The translations under genes were made by a program, and so were the position numbers. The notes under the pieces were generated by a model. The model was not told where the DNA came from and made no database searches. It saw nothing but the letters and a program-made list of their open reading frames with translations. Below, one piece after another: positions 1 through 8,893 of a stretch of DNA of 64,000 bases. The stretch's first letter is position 1, and every line of letters begins with the position of its first letter. Source of the stretch: a virus; IMG/VR virus record IMGVR_UViG_3300035670_000179, positions 2,501-66,500 of that record; one strand, given 5' to 3'.

Positions 1-213
1 ATCTATATCCAAACTAATTGAAGAAATGTGAAAATTAAGTGAGAAAACACTACCATTAAAGATACTAATACCAAATCTAATGTTAGGCTCCCAATCCCAA
101 TATGAACTTGAGTAAAACATAACTTCAAATAAGTTGAGTTTTCTGAATTGTCCTATGATAAGGTATGCGTCTCTTCCGTAGTCCCATTCTGTATAAAAAT
201 CAAAGAGTTTCAT
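1..213 (-). CDS. hypothetical protein (runs off window)
   Basis: ATG at 211-213 overlaps the upstream stop (ATGA); open to position 1 (MKLFDFYTEWDYGRDAY...). Confidence 0.6.
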   Translation of the reverse strand, partial: MKLFDFYTEWDYGRDAYLIIGQFRKLNLFEVMFYSSSYWDWEPNIRFGISIFNGSVFSLNFHISSISLDID

Positions 214-464
214 TTTTGAATTACCGAATGACGTTGTGAAGGACAATCAAGGAAGAACTTATATTCCCGATAATTTCCATTACCGTTCCATTTTACAACA
301 TTACAGTTTCCATATTTATCCACCACTTGAAACCTGTTCTCAAGTTCTTGTTCTTTTGGTTCAACAGTAATCGCAGTATTGATGAGAGTTAATACTGTCG
401 CACTTGTAAAACCAAGAATAAACCCAAGTAGAATAAACCGATAATAAGTGAGTTTCTGTTCCAT
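210..464 (-). CDS. small membrane-anchored hypothetical protein
   Basis: 84 aa, N-terminal hydrophobic helix; coupled to neighbours. Confidence 0.75.
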   Translation of the reverse strand: MEQKLTYYRFILLGFILGFTSATVLTLINTAITVEPKEQELENRFQVVDKYGNCNVVKWNGNGNYREYKFFLDCPSQRHSVIQK

Positions 465-622
465 TAGGTCGTTTGCTCCTTTCTTTGAGTGTTAATGTAT
501 TCCCCAAGTTTAGTCAAAATCTCCCTACAGTTCGTTTGAACGTATTGGTCTTGGATTTGGCTTTCCTTGTATCTTAGCACAGATTGAAAGACAATCTCTG
601 CTTCTTGTTTAGTGAAGTTCAT
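464..622 (-). CDS. small hypothetical protein (52 aa, MNFTKQEAEIVFQSV...)
   Basis: Read by hand; TAATG overlaps at both ends fill the gap exactly. Confidence 0.7.
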   Translation of the reverse strand: MNFTKQEAEIVFQSVLRYKESQIQDQYVQTNCREILTKLGEYINTQRKEQTT

Positions 623-1422
623 TAGATTTCAATTTCAAAGTTTGGGTTGAATTCAAGGTTCAGGTCTGCGTTGTTGTATCCATTATAATACCCTCTGGGA
701 TTACAGATAACCCTACACTCACCGATTTGGTAATCAAACGATGTGTGAGTGTGTCCGTGCGACCAGTATTTGATTTGAGGATGATTGAAGATAAAGTCAT
801 CAAGGTCACTTACATAAGCACCATTCGCAATACCACTTGTGCGATACTTTGGATGGACCGATTGATACGATGGTGCGTGATGTGTAAGAACCCAAACCTT
901 ATCGTTCTGGAACAACTCAAGGTTCTCCTGTAGATACTTCTTGGTATTCTGGTGAAAGGCATAAGTATCATCAGGGTTCATCTTGCGATACTTTGGAGTG
1001 ATACGAATGGTCTTGTAATCATTCAGACACTGTGCTGCCTCCATCATTTCCAGAGCATTTCCATTACGAAAGTCAGTCCAGAGTGTTCCCCCTATGAAAA
1101 TCCAATCATCAATTTTAACGAAATCGTTTTCAAATATGTGAATACCTTTGGGTAGATGTTCTTTGAGAACATCCCAAGTGCCTTCGTAGTTGTATCCGTA
1201 TGCTTCGTGATTTCCTGCGATATACAAGACATAATCAAAGTTATCGGAACACTTTTGCAAGAAATCATCATATACTTGATGAAGTTTTCCATTGGTCTTA
1301 AAATGACGAGCACAGAGAATGTCCCCACCCAGAATGAGAACATCCCCTTCTCCCAAGTCAGGAACTCCGTGCCCCTGTTCGCAACACTCAAGGTGTAGGT
1401 CTGATACTACTTTGACTTTCAT
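622..1422 (-). CDS. calcineurin-like metallophosphoesterase
   Basis: SDLH, GGD, GNHE, THH and HGHTH metal-binding motifs. Confidence 0.92.
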   Translation of the reverse strand: MKVKVVSDLHLECCEQGHGVPDLGEGDVLILGGDILCARHFKTNGKLHQVYDDFLQKCSDNFDYVLYIAGNHEAYGYNYEGTWDVLKEHLPKGIHIFENDFVKIDDWIFIGGTLWTDFRNGNALEMMEAAQCLNDYKTIRITPKYRKMNPDDTYAFHQNTKKYLQENLELFQNDKVWVLTHHAPSYQSVHPKYRTSGIANGAYVSDLDDFIFNHPQIKYWSHGHTHTSFDYQIGECRVICNPRGYYNGYNNADLNLEFNPNFEIEI

Positions 1423-1446
1423 TTCTCACTTGGGTCCTTTAAAGAC

Positions 1447-1503
1447 ATTATACAGGGAGTTCTCTGAGGTGTGAAGGGGTCTTGTGCCAGTTTGTCAAGT
1501 GGT
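1447..1503 (-). promoter_or_regulatory. early-type promoter: palindromic upstream motif plus TATAAT
   Basis: TATAAT at 1447-1452; ACTTGACAAACTGGCACAA about 30 nt upstream; same layout at 7302-7360 and 8786-8843. Confidence 0.75.
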
Positions 1504-2198
1504 TATTTTCCACCATGAATTCTCATGATTTCATTTTTTAAATTATTAGCAACAAACAAAGGGTCTCTTAGTGCTGATTCAAAAGTTTTTTTATGAATTG
1601 GTGAATAATTTTCCTCAATCAATTCAGTAAGTAAATCAATTTGATAGAGTAAATTTCTCACTTCTGGATTTTTTATTACACTTTTAGTCCAAAAAACAGA
1701 TACATATCTGGTTCCACGAATAACTTCATTTACCCTATGAAGTATTCCAGTTTGATAAGTTATAGCCCAACCTGCATCTAATTTAATTTTTTTCTCACCA
1801 TCATTCCCCAAGTATAAGCAAAGTTCCCCACCAACATAATCATCTGGAGAATTTAGAAAAACTGTGGTACTATAGTCTCCATTTTTCCAATTATCCATAT
1901 GTGGGTGATAATAATTTCCAGATGACGTTTTTGATACAATAACTCTGTCCGTACTATCTGCTACAGTATAAGATAAAAATTTCTTATCTTCATCTAAAGA
2001 TTTCATTATGATGTCATTAATTTGTTTAGATATTTTATCTTCAGATAGTTCAGTATTCTTTTTGACAGAATGACTTCCACCACCCGTTTTTATTCCATCA
2101 TACCAGTAGTTATTTTCATTTGAAATATGAATTAACTCATTAACTCTTGATAATTCAGAATCGCTGAGAAGTTTTCTTATATAATAATTTGTAATCAT
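1503..2198 (-). CDS. PKHD-type (PiuC/YbiX-like) 2OG-Fe(II) oxygenase
   Basis: YHPHMD...GGEL...ILHRV...RYVSVFW; start likely MITNYY, overlapping the upstream stop. Confidence 0.85.
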   Translation of the reverse strand: MITNYYIRKLLSDSELSRVNELIHISNENNYWYDGIKTGGGSHSVKKNTELSEDKISKQINDIIMKSLDEDKKFLSYTVADSTDRVIVSKTSSGNYYHPHMDNWKNGDYSTTVFLNSPDDYVGGELCLYLGNDGEKKIKLDAGWAITYQTGILHRVNEVIRGTRYVSVFWTKSVIKNPEVRNLLYQIDLLTELIEENYSPIHKKTFESALRDPLFVANNLKNEIMRIHGGK

Positions 2199-3376
2199 AC
2201 TAACCAACTAATAATAGAATATCTTGTTCCCTTTGTTACTGGAACTATTTCGTGAGGATACATAAAGTTTGATGGGAACAAGATAGCAGAACCTTTTTTA
2301 CACTTGTACTGAATTTTTCTACCAAAAAAGGAAAATTCCCCACCTTCATAATCATCATTCAACTGCAAAGAACAAGATAAAGACCTTTGCTCTTTATCGT
2401 AAGAGTCTGTGTGTTCTGTATAAAAATCTCCAACATCATAGCGTAAAAAGTTATATCCAGTATCAATAGAAATTTTAAAGTTACTAAAGATATTTGAATA
2501 CTTTCTTACTGATTTTGAAACACAATCAAAAACTATAGCGTCAAGTTCTTTTCTTTTGTTATAATTTTTTTTGATGATGTTATCTGAAGATATATTTAAA
2601 TTCTTACAATTTCTTATTTTACTATTTAAAGGATTATTAATATCCGCAATTGTAGCGGGAAGTAAATCTTCACAATTAGAATATTCCGCTATAAGTTCAT
2701 CACAAACATCTTCTGGAACAATATTATCAAAGGTAACAATATAATCCTCTAACTTACTATCGGGATTTGAAATGAACTTATTTGTATCTACAATAACTTT
2801 ATTTTTTTCTATTGGATACTTAAGGTCTGTAGTTTCTCTCTCTTTTGTTTTATCAAAATATGCATAAGAGCAATCCCCACGACTTCTTACATAATGTAGA
2901 AACACTTGCCCATACTTTTCTCCTTCATATTCTTCTCTCCAGTGCTCGGCAATTTTGCCAAGATATAACATAGCATCGCCTGGTTTAAGAATAACAGATT
3001 TTTCTTCACCACTTGGATTTTTTATAAAAATGGGCCAAGGTTTGTCCCCATTTAAATGAAGAGTTAATGATACCTCACAAGCATCACGGTCTGTATGCCT
3101 CTCTAAGACATTTCCTTTATAATAAATTCTTGAATAGACATAAGTTGGCAGTAAACTCTCTTCAACTATAGAAGAAACTTCTTGTGTCTTTTGGCAAAGA
3201 ATCTCTACAAAGGGTAGAAAATTGGGAACTGATTTTGATACTGGAACCTGTGGGTCCCCATCAACCTCAGAATTTTCACAGTAAAACAAAAATTGATCAT
3301 ACAACTCCAAAGATTTATCTTTATCAATAAAGTTTGGAATTATCAAATAATTATTTTGGACTAATAACTTATTCAT
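2195..3376 (-). CDS. tandem two-domain 2OG-Fe(II) oxygenase
   Basis: Two HxD...H sets: RHTDR...EHWRE and EHTDS...GGEF...PHEIVPV..GTRYS. Confidence 0.88.
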   Translation of the reverse strand: MNKLLVQNNYLIIPNFIDKDKSLELYDQFLFYCENSEVDGDPQVPVSKSVPNFLPFVEILCQKTQEVSSIVEESLLPTYVYSRIYYKGNVLERHTDRDACEVSLTLHLNGDKPWPIFIKNPSGEEKSVILKPGDAMLYLGKIAEHWREEYEGEKYGQVFLHYVRSRGDCSYAYFDKTKERETTDLKYPIEKNKVIVDTNKFISNPDSKLEDYIVTFDNIVPEDVCDELIAEYSNCEDLLPATIADINNPLNSKIRNCKNLNISSDNIIKKNYNKRKELDAIVFDCVSKSVRKYSNIFSNFKISIDTGYNFLRYDVGDFYTEHTDSYDKEQRSLSCSLQLNDDYEGGEFSFFGRKIQYKCKKGSAILFPSNFMYPHEIVPVTKGTRYSIISWLV

Positions 3377-3413
3377 TTAAATTTAAATCAACGATACTAT
3401 TATATCATATGTA

Positions 3414-3581
3414 TTAGAAAAATGTTCTTTTTTCTTCCTCAAACTTTTCCCACTTAGCAATCCCCAAACACATTTGTACTGTTTCCCGTTCTCTTTCTCC
3501 TCTTGGAGTTCCACGATACATAAATGCCCTTTGATAGGCACAACACCAAATGTTCTTGTAAAGTTTATCCTTTTGTTTCAT
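3414..3581 (-). CDS. small hypothetical protein (55 aa, MKQKDKLYKNIWCCAYQR...)
   Basis: Read by hand; starts immediately after the HNH stop. Confidence 0.65.
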   Translation of the reverse strand: MKQKDKLYKNIWCCAYQRAFMYRGTPRGERERETVQMCLGIAKWEKFEEEKRTFF

Positions 3582-4052
3582 TTATTTTTTTTCCAAGATT
3601 TTTCTACATTCATCCCTATGAAAAATAGCTTCTTCTATTGTGTCGTAAGTACCAAAACAATAATTAACTTTTTTATACCACATATTAACCTGATATTTGC
3701 CAGATGGAAGTTTTTTAATATTGCGAAATTTTCCGTTTGGGCATCTGCGATTATTATTTTGTGTATAATTATCTGCCCATCTTATATTTCCAGGAAAATA
3801 TCCATATTCATTACATATTCTATCTAATGAATATCCTTTAGGTTTATCTCCAAGATTTTTATTAACATAATCTAAAAATCTCAAAAATCCTTGAGGTGTT
3901 TTTGATGTTCCGTGTGAACCTTTTTCTGCCCATTCTTCAAAAACTAAAATTCCACGACCACCATAATGTGGATAATTTATATTTTTAGGGTCGTTACATC
4001 TACGAACCATTCCATTCCAAGTGTGATATAACGGATGCTTTGAAACTTTCAT
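3582..4052 (-). CDS. HNH homing endonuclease with AP2-like C-terminal domain
   Basis: HPLYHTWNGMVRRC, YGGRGI, SLDRICN..GY.PGNIRWA..TQNNNRR; AP2-like GKYQV...FGTYDTIEEA. Confidence 0.88.
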   Translation of the reverse strand: MKVSKHPLYHTWNGMVRRCNDPKNINYPHYGGRGILVFEEWAEKGSHGTSKTPQGFLRFLDYVNKNLGDKPKGYSLDRICNEYGYFPGNIRWADNYTQNNNRRCPNGKFRNIKKLPSGKYQVNMWYKKVNYCFGTYDTIEEAIFHRDECRKILEKK

Positions 4053-4058
4053 ATTACA

Positions 4059-4382
4059 TCAATCCCGATTTCTCCAATCCGGTTCATTTTCATCACGACG
4101 GAAGAAATCTACAATATCATCAACACTTTCAAATCTACGAATACCTTTCCCTTCGTGACCAACTCCACCAATATCAAGGGCATTCAAAAACCCATCCAAA
4201 CTATCCTCAGTCATATCAGGATTTTCTGCTTTTCTTCGTGCCTGACGGAGCATCGTAGCAGCAGAACGATTTGCTTTCGCAAGCTTTTCTGCCCATATCA
4301 TTTCTTCAAGTTCAACAGTTTCTCTGCTGATGATTTTTTGACAGATACCTTCAAGTTTGAGACGATATTGTGTAGAAAGCAT
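4059..4382 (-). CDS. cyanophage hypothetical protein
   Basis: Start MLSTQYRLKLEGIC after GGAG SD and ATAAATA late promoter. Confidence 0.8.
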   Translation of the reverse strand: MLSTQYRLKLEGICQKIISRETVELEEMIWAEKLAKANRSAATMLRQARRKAENPDMTEDSLDGFLNALDIGGVGHEGKGIRRFESVDDIVDFFRRDENEPDWRNRD

Positions 4383-4404
4383 AATTACTCCTGATTTGAT
4401 GTAT

Positions 4405-4620
4405 TTATTTTGGATGTATGTGAGTTGGTCGTGAATATTCAATATCATTCCAGTGTCTTATCGCATTCGCAATAATGAAACCGTTTGTAACTACCATTTG
4501 AAGCATAATCATAAGACGAATAAAAGCAATCTTATCTGCTTCTCTATCATCCTTTCCTGCCTTTTCACCTAAGGATTTTGCTATCAGCCTCCAAAGATTG
4601 GTTTTTGGTTTTTTCTTCAT
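4405..4620 (-). CDS. hypothetical protein
   Basis: 71 aa ORF packed in the operon (LWRLIAKSLGEKAG..DREAD). Confidence 0.7.
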   Translation of the reverse strand: MKKKPKTNLWRLIAKSLGEKAGKDDREADKIAFIRLMIMLQMVVTNGFIIANAIRHWNDIEYSRPTHIHPK

Positions 4621-4993
4621 ACGATTGTAAGATACCGTCTACAAAGTGAATTCTACAAGTGGGCCAATCATCATATTCACCTTTCCATTCTGAAGGATAA
4701 ACCTCCACATAATCCGTGATTTTATAAGGTTCAACCTTACCGTGTTTTCCTGTAGGCACCCATTCAAAATTCATAAACTTAAGTTTTGGCTCATAACGTG
4801 GGTCATTCTCTTCAATAATCTCAAAGGTATGAGTTTCCTTATAGGTCATTACCCACAACTTACCTGCCGGGTCTAACCAATAATGAGACATAGAACCTCC
4901 CATATGTCTATCCATATCTTTTGTTTGGCAGGGTTTCTCAGTGAAATGTTCTCCCAAATCATAGGAAGAACGGAAATAATCAAACATACCCAT
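4565..4993 (-). CDS. hypothetical phage protein (MGMFDY family)
   Basis: 142 aa ORF; MGMFDY...QTKD motif. Confidence 0.75.
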   Translation of the reverse strand: MGMFDYFRSSYDLGEHFTEKPCQTKDMDRHMGGSMSHYWLDPAGKLWVMTYKETHTFEIIEENDPRYEPKLKFMNFEWVPTGKHGKVEPYKITDYVEVYPSEWKGEYDDWPTCRIHFVDGILQSYEEKTKNQSLEADSKILR

Positions 4994-4998
4994 TTTAT

Positions 4999-5565
4999 TT
5001 AAACCTCAATAAATTGAATTGAAAATATAAATCTAAATTCATCTGCTTCTATTGATATTGGAGTTGCTTTATGTAAAATCGAACTATCAAATATTACAAC
5101 TCTGCCAGAAATGTAATCGACTATTATCTCAGATTCTCCCGAATCATTTGAAAAAACAGTTTCTCCACCCCAATTAGTATTCCATCTATTATTTACATAA
5201 TACAGTAAAGTTTTACCATTTGCATTTGGACTTAAACAATCCACATGATAGTATTGTGTTGAAAAAGGACTTGATGCTATAGACCAACAACTTCTTACAT
5301 TAAACTTTTCACTTGAAACATGTTGTTCAATAGGAATAAAAGAGTTTGAATTTAAAAAACCAAATTCATTTATATCACTTTCTGTAAAATTTGATTTAAA
5401 AAAAGTTTTATTTCTTTGCCAAAGTTCAGTATTACTTGTAGACCCTAATGTATGAGGTTTATTTTGAATATAATATTCAAAATAACTTTTTTCTGATGAA
5501 GTAAAAACATCATCGAATATTTCTATAGATTTATTGGATGACGTTTTTATTACTCTATGTCTCAT
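4999..5565 (-). CDS. 2OG-Fe(II) oxygenase (prolyl-4-hydroxylase-like)
   Basis: YHVD...TLLYYVN..W...WGGET...GRVVIFDS.ILH...FRF. Confidence 0.85.
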   Translation of the reverse strand: MRHRVIKTSSNKSIEIFDDVFTSSEKSYFEYYIQNKPHTLGSTSNTELWQRNKTFFKSNFTESDINEFGFLNSNSFIPIEQHVSSEKFNVRSCWSIASSPFSTQYYHVDCLSPNANGKTLLYYVNNRWNTNWGGETVFSNDSGESEIIVDYISGRVVIFDSSILHKATPISIEADEFRFIFSIQFIEV

Positions 5566-5798
5566 TTTTTGGAAAATTCCTTTTCAAGTTCTCTAGCAAT
5601 TTTATCATACTCCCAACGCATCATCAAGTTTGTAATGGGGTTCTTGGGGTGAAGTCTTATCATCCAATATACTCTCTCTACATTAATCTTTATCATCTTA
5701 AAGACCAACGTAAGATACTCTGCTACGTTTGGGTCTATAATCATCATATATGCTACAACCCCAAATAATAGGAGTATTATGGAATTAAGTGGGGTCAT
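5562..5798 (-). CDS. small membrane hypothetical protein
   Basis: 78 aa with N-terminal hydrophobic helix. Confidence 0.75.
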   Translation of the reverse strand: MTPLNSIILLLFGVVAYMMIIDPNVAEYLTLVFKMIKINVERVYWMIRLHPKNPITNLMMRWEYDKIARELEKEFSKK

Positions 5799-5824
5799 AG
5801 TATTATCCTATGGTATGGGGTTAT

Positions 5825-6190
5825 TTATTCTTCATCTTCTTCAAGGTCTATGAGGTCAGACAATCTTTTCATTGTGTCCCAATGCATAGGAACAGTTTCA
5901 ACTTTTCCAGTCGCAACATCGTGGGACATTTGCAGCAAACTATCAAGAAAATCTTTTGAGTAGATTTCATCCTCTAAACTATCCCAGAAGTATAGAATGC
6001 ACTGCTCTAATGGGTCATCATTCTTTAGAAGAGCATAACTCTCATAGTTGTTTCCCATCAGGTCTGCCCAGTTCTTAAAGGCATACCAACAGTTATACCA
6101 CCCCTGAATGAGACAGGAGTGCCAGATATACTCAAACCAAGTCATTTTAACTTTATTGGTTTCTGTTCCTAAAAGAGGTTTTGAAAACAT
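5825..6190 (-). CDS. hypothetical protein
   Basis: 121 aa ORF in operon. Confidence 0.75.
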   Translation of the reverse strand: MFSKPLLGTETNKVKMTWFEYIWHSCLIQGWYNCWYAFKNWADLMGNNYESYALLKNDDPLEQCILYFWDSLEDEIYSKDFLDSLLQMSHDVATGKVETVPMHWDTMKRLSDLIDLEEDEE

Positions 6191-6191
6191 T

Positions 6192-6362
6192 TTACTTCTT
6201 GGGTGGCGATTTAATAATAACGGGACAAGTAGGAACTACTTTCCTCAATTCTAGCACAATTTCCGCTTTTTGTTGAGGAGTGAGGTGTAGCACCGTCTCC
6301 ATTCTGTTAAGGATTGAATATAATTGCCCACAGTTCAGGAAGGTAACTAAAAGCATATCCAT
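6192..6362 (-). CDS. small hypothetical protein (56 aa, MDMLLVTFLNCGQL...)
   Basis: Read by hand; GGAGG SD and ATAAATA upstream. Confidence 0.7.
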   Translation of the reverse strand: MDMLLVTFLNCGQLYSILNRMETVLHLTPQQKAEIVLELRKVVPTCPVIIKSPPKK

Positions 6363-6401
6363 AGTGAATTACCTCCCTTATTTGATTGTTGTTCCTATTT
6401 A

Positions 6402-6602
6402 TTACTCAATCCCATCAAATTGACGCAGATACTCTACACAGTCTTTGAATTGCTGCCATTCCTCATCTGAGAAGTTATCAGAGGCATAAGGAATTTCCAC
6501 AATTGCGGCACAAACCCGATTGACATTTACTCGTATCATCATATCATTTGCCATCGCAGGAGTGGCAAAGGGAATGATAAGCAGTGGGATTAGACTTTTC
6601 AT
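6402..6602 (-). CDS. small hypothetical protein with signal-peptide-like N-terminus
   Basis: 66 aa; MKSLIPLLIIPFATPAMA. Confidence 0.7.
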   Translation of the reverse strand: MKSLIPLLIIPFATPAMANDMMIRVNVNRVCAAIVEIPYASDNFSDEEWQQFKDCVEYLRQFDGIE

Positions 6603-6835
6603 AGGTGTTGCTCTAGTGATGCTTTGCTGTTTGCTTTCTTAAGTACTTTGATTTGGGAGTTGATATGTTTTTTAGCAGTCTCTAATGTGTTGGAGACTTG
6701 AACCTGCTGACCATTATGAATAATCATAAAACGGTTCCCAAAAGGAACCGCTGCCCACATTCCATCTTTAGTTACATAACCCGAAGGTTCTGTTGGTACT
6801 GGTTCTAAGATACCATAATTTTGAATTTCAATCAT
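6599..6835 (-). CDS. hypothetical protein
   Basis: 78 aa; ATGA-coupled. Confidence 0.75.
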   Translation of the reverse strand: MIEIQNYGILEPVPTEPSGYVTKDGMWAAVPFGNRFMIIHNGQQVQVSNTLETAKKHINSQIKVLKKANSKASLEQHL

Positions 6836-7125
6836 ACGAAGATTTTATACAGAATGAATAGTGCTGCAATAGCAAGTGTAATTGGCCAATATGTGATGGC
6901 AAGAGCAAAAACTACCAGAATAGCAATAGCACCAAAACTAAATTCGCTACCACCACCACCAGATGAAGAACTACCTTCATTAACTTGTCTGAGATTAATG
7001 ATTTGCTCAGCACCATAAATTCGCTGGAGTTGTTCCTTTGCACCGTGAGCAGTATTTGATTGAACCTCAAGGTCCTGATAACCACTAGCAGAACCTAGCC
7101 AGCATTTAGCAGTCCAACGTGCCAT
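6832..7125 (-). CDS. membrane-anchored hypothetical protein
   Basis: 97 aa; S/G linker followed by hydrophobic C-terminal helices. Confidence 0.75.
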   Translation of the reverse strand: MARWTAKCWLGSASGYQDLEVQSNTAHGAKEQLQRIYGAEQIINLRQVNEGSSSSGGGGSEFSFGAIAILVVFALAITYWPITLAIAALFILYKIFV

Positions 7126-7127
7126 AA

Positions 7128-7271
7128 TCAGCGATGAGTTGGATTGGCACGAAGAATGCGGGCATTCGGATATTGTGCCTGAGCAACTTGCTTTGCCTCT
7201 TGAGGATTACGGGCATAGCATTCAAACATAAAAACTTTACCAGCAACCCAGAGTTCGACTTGATGTTTCAT
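7128..7271 (-). CDS. small early protein (47 aa, MKHQVELWVAGKVF...)
   Basis: Read by hand; AGGAG SD; first gene after the early promoter; resembles the N-terminal domain of the 6832-7125 product. Confidence 0.75.
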   Translation of the reverse strand: MKHQVELWVAGKVFMFECYARNPQEAKQVAQAQYPNARILRANPTHR

Positions 7272-7301
7272 TTGGAAAAGGTCTCCTTTGTGTATGAACT
7301 A

Positions 7302-7360
7302 ATTATAGGGTAAGTTGAGAGTTTTGAGAAGAGTGTTGTGCCAGTTTGTCAAGTGTCACA
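7302..7360 (-). promoter_or_regulatory. early-type promoter: palindromic upstream motif plus TATAAT
   Basis: TGTGACACTTGACAAACTGGCACAA upstream of TATAAT (7302-7307). Confidence 0.8.
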
Positions 7361-7536
7361 TCAGACAGATGACGATGATACCGAAATGAATGATTAATCC
7401 ATTCAATTTGTTAAAAACCGATTTCATAAGGATTTTGTGGGGAGCAGAGGGCAATAGGGCGTTCGGGGCGAAATCACGAAAAAATCACGTTTTCGCCCCA
7501 GTCACCGCAAGGGTTCTCAGTGAGACCCAACCCGTC

Positions 7537-8772
7537 TCAACGACGGATGGTGCTCACCGCAACGTCCCCCTGCTCAAAGATAATGTCAACAACGTTCTGG
7601 ATTTTCTTGGCAGCAGAAGCAGTTGACTTGGAAAACACAGGAACAATCACCAGACCGAAAGATTTGGTGTATTGCTCCAGTTGACCAGGAACAATGCTGC
7701 CGTTGCGAATACCAGCAGCATCATCAGGGTGAAGACGCAGAGTGCGACCCACAGTCTGACCGATACCGACAATATCCATATCCCGCATAAACACAACTGC
7801 CTCAAGAGCAGAAATGTTGATGCCTTCTGCCAGAATGCTGTGGTGAAGAACAATAAATTTCTTCTGAGGGTCACGACCCCAAGCATTCAGAGTGTCGAAG
7901 AACACTTCACGGTTCACTTTCTGACCGTCAATAAAACCACCGTGCTTCGCAGTAATGTGCATCACAGAGTAACCCTGTTCCGCAACAACCTGAGCAAAGT
8001 CAGTTTGAGACAGCAGACCAATAATGTGCTTGGTTGCCTTCGCACAAATCAGAACCTTATTGACGGGATTTTCTTCCAGAACTTCCAGCAGATTGTCACG
8101 GTCACGTTGGGCAATATCATCACCCTTCTTGACCATTTCAAGTTGCTTCGCAACCACCTTAGGGGGAATGATGTAACCACCCTGAACCAGTTCGGGAGCA
8201 GGAACCTTAGCAATGATTTGACCATAAACGTCAGTATCATTCATACCAGGCTTACCAACAGTCACCGAATACTTGGGAGTAGCAGTGAAGAAGTAGCAAC
8301 GTTGTGCCTCCTGACTGAAATACTCCACAGCAGGGAAGAAATGACGTTGAACACTGTTATGTGCCTCATCGAAGTAGATGGTATCCACATCGACTTCTGC
8401 CTCTTGTAGACGGTTCAGGGAGTTGTAGGTGGTGAAGATGAGTTTGTGACCTTGAGTATTGCGAACCCAAGTGTAAATCTCATTCAGTTTGGTAGAAGAG
8501 AAGTGGTGCGTTTCACCACTATGAACGTGCATCACAGCAGCGTTCGTCACAAACTCCAGATACTCAGCAGAGAGTTGTTCCGCAAGCAGAATGCGGGGAG
8601 CAACCACTACAACAGTCTTAGGAGTTTCGGATTGGAAGACACGGAGGGCATCGAAGATACCAACGTTAGTCTTACCACCGCCAGTAGGAAAGACACAAAT
8701 GCCTTTGCTATACTTGGCGAGAGCGTCAAGTGCTTTCTGCTGGTGGGGACGGAGTTGAATCACGGGTTTCAT
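7537..8772 (-). CDS. superfamily II DExH helicase (ResIII/UvsW-like fold)
   Basis: Q-motif LRPHQ, Walker A PTGGGKT, DEAH, TATP, LAEGIN, QTVGRTLR; start likely MKPVIQ. Confidence 0.9.
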   Translation of the reverse strand: MKPVIQLRPHQQKALDALAKYSKGICVFPTGGGKTNVGIFDALRVFQSETPKTVVVVAPRILLAEQLSAEYLEFVTNAAVMHVHSGETHHFSSTKLNEIYTWVRNTQGHKLIFTTYNSLNRLQEAEVDVDTIYFDEAHNSVQRHFFPAVEYFSQEAQRCYFFTATPKYSVTVGKPGMNDTDVYGQIIAKVPAPELVQGGYIIPPKVVAKQLEMVKKGDDIAQRDRDNLLEVLEENPVNKVLICAKATKHIIGLLSQTDFAQVVAEQGYSVMHITAKHGGFIDGQKVNREVFFDTLNAWGRDPQKKFIVLHHSILAEGINISALEAVVFMRDMDIVGIGQTVGRTLRLHPDDAAGIRNGSIVPGQLEQYTKSFGLVIVPVFSKSTASAAKKIQNVVDIIFEQGDVAVSTIRR

Positions 8773-8785
8773 TTCGTATGAATAC

Positions 8786-8843
8786 ATAATAACCCCCTTA
8801 CGGGGAAACCGCAAGGGGGCTTGTGACAGTTATCAAAGTGTCC
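8786..8843 (-). promoter_or_regulatory. early-type promoter with embedded GC stem-loop
   Basis: GGACACTTTGATAACTGTCACAA upstream of TATTAT (8786-8791); hairpin CCCCCTTGCGG-TTTCC-CCGTAAGGGGG lies between them. Confidence 0.7.
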
Positions 8844-8893
8844 TTAGAGTATTTTAGAAGTAACTAGTTCTTATCTTCAACGGAGACAAACCT

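Noticed and set aside
7672-8409. 245 aa antisense ORF inside the helicase; also 8981-9910 and 53600-54115
   Set aside because: Codon-register antisense shadows of biased sense genes; no recognisable motifs.
8773-8814. Longer helicase start (MRFPRKG...)
   Set aside because: A TTG start inside the promoter hairpin, upstream of the -10 box.
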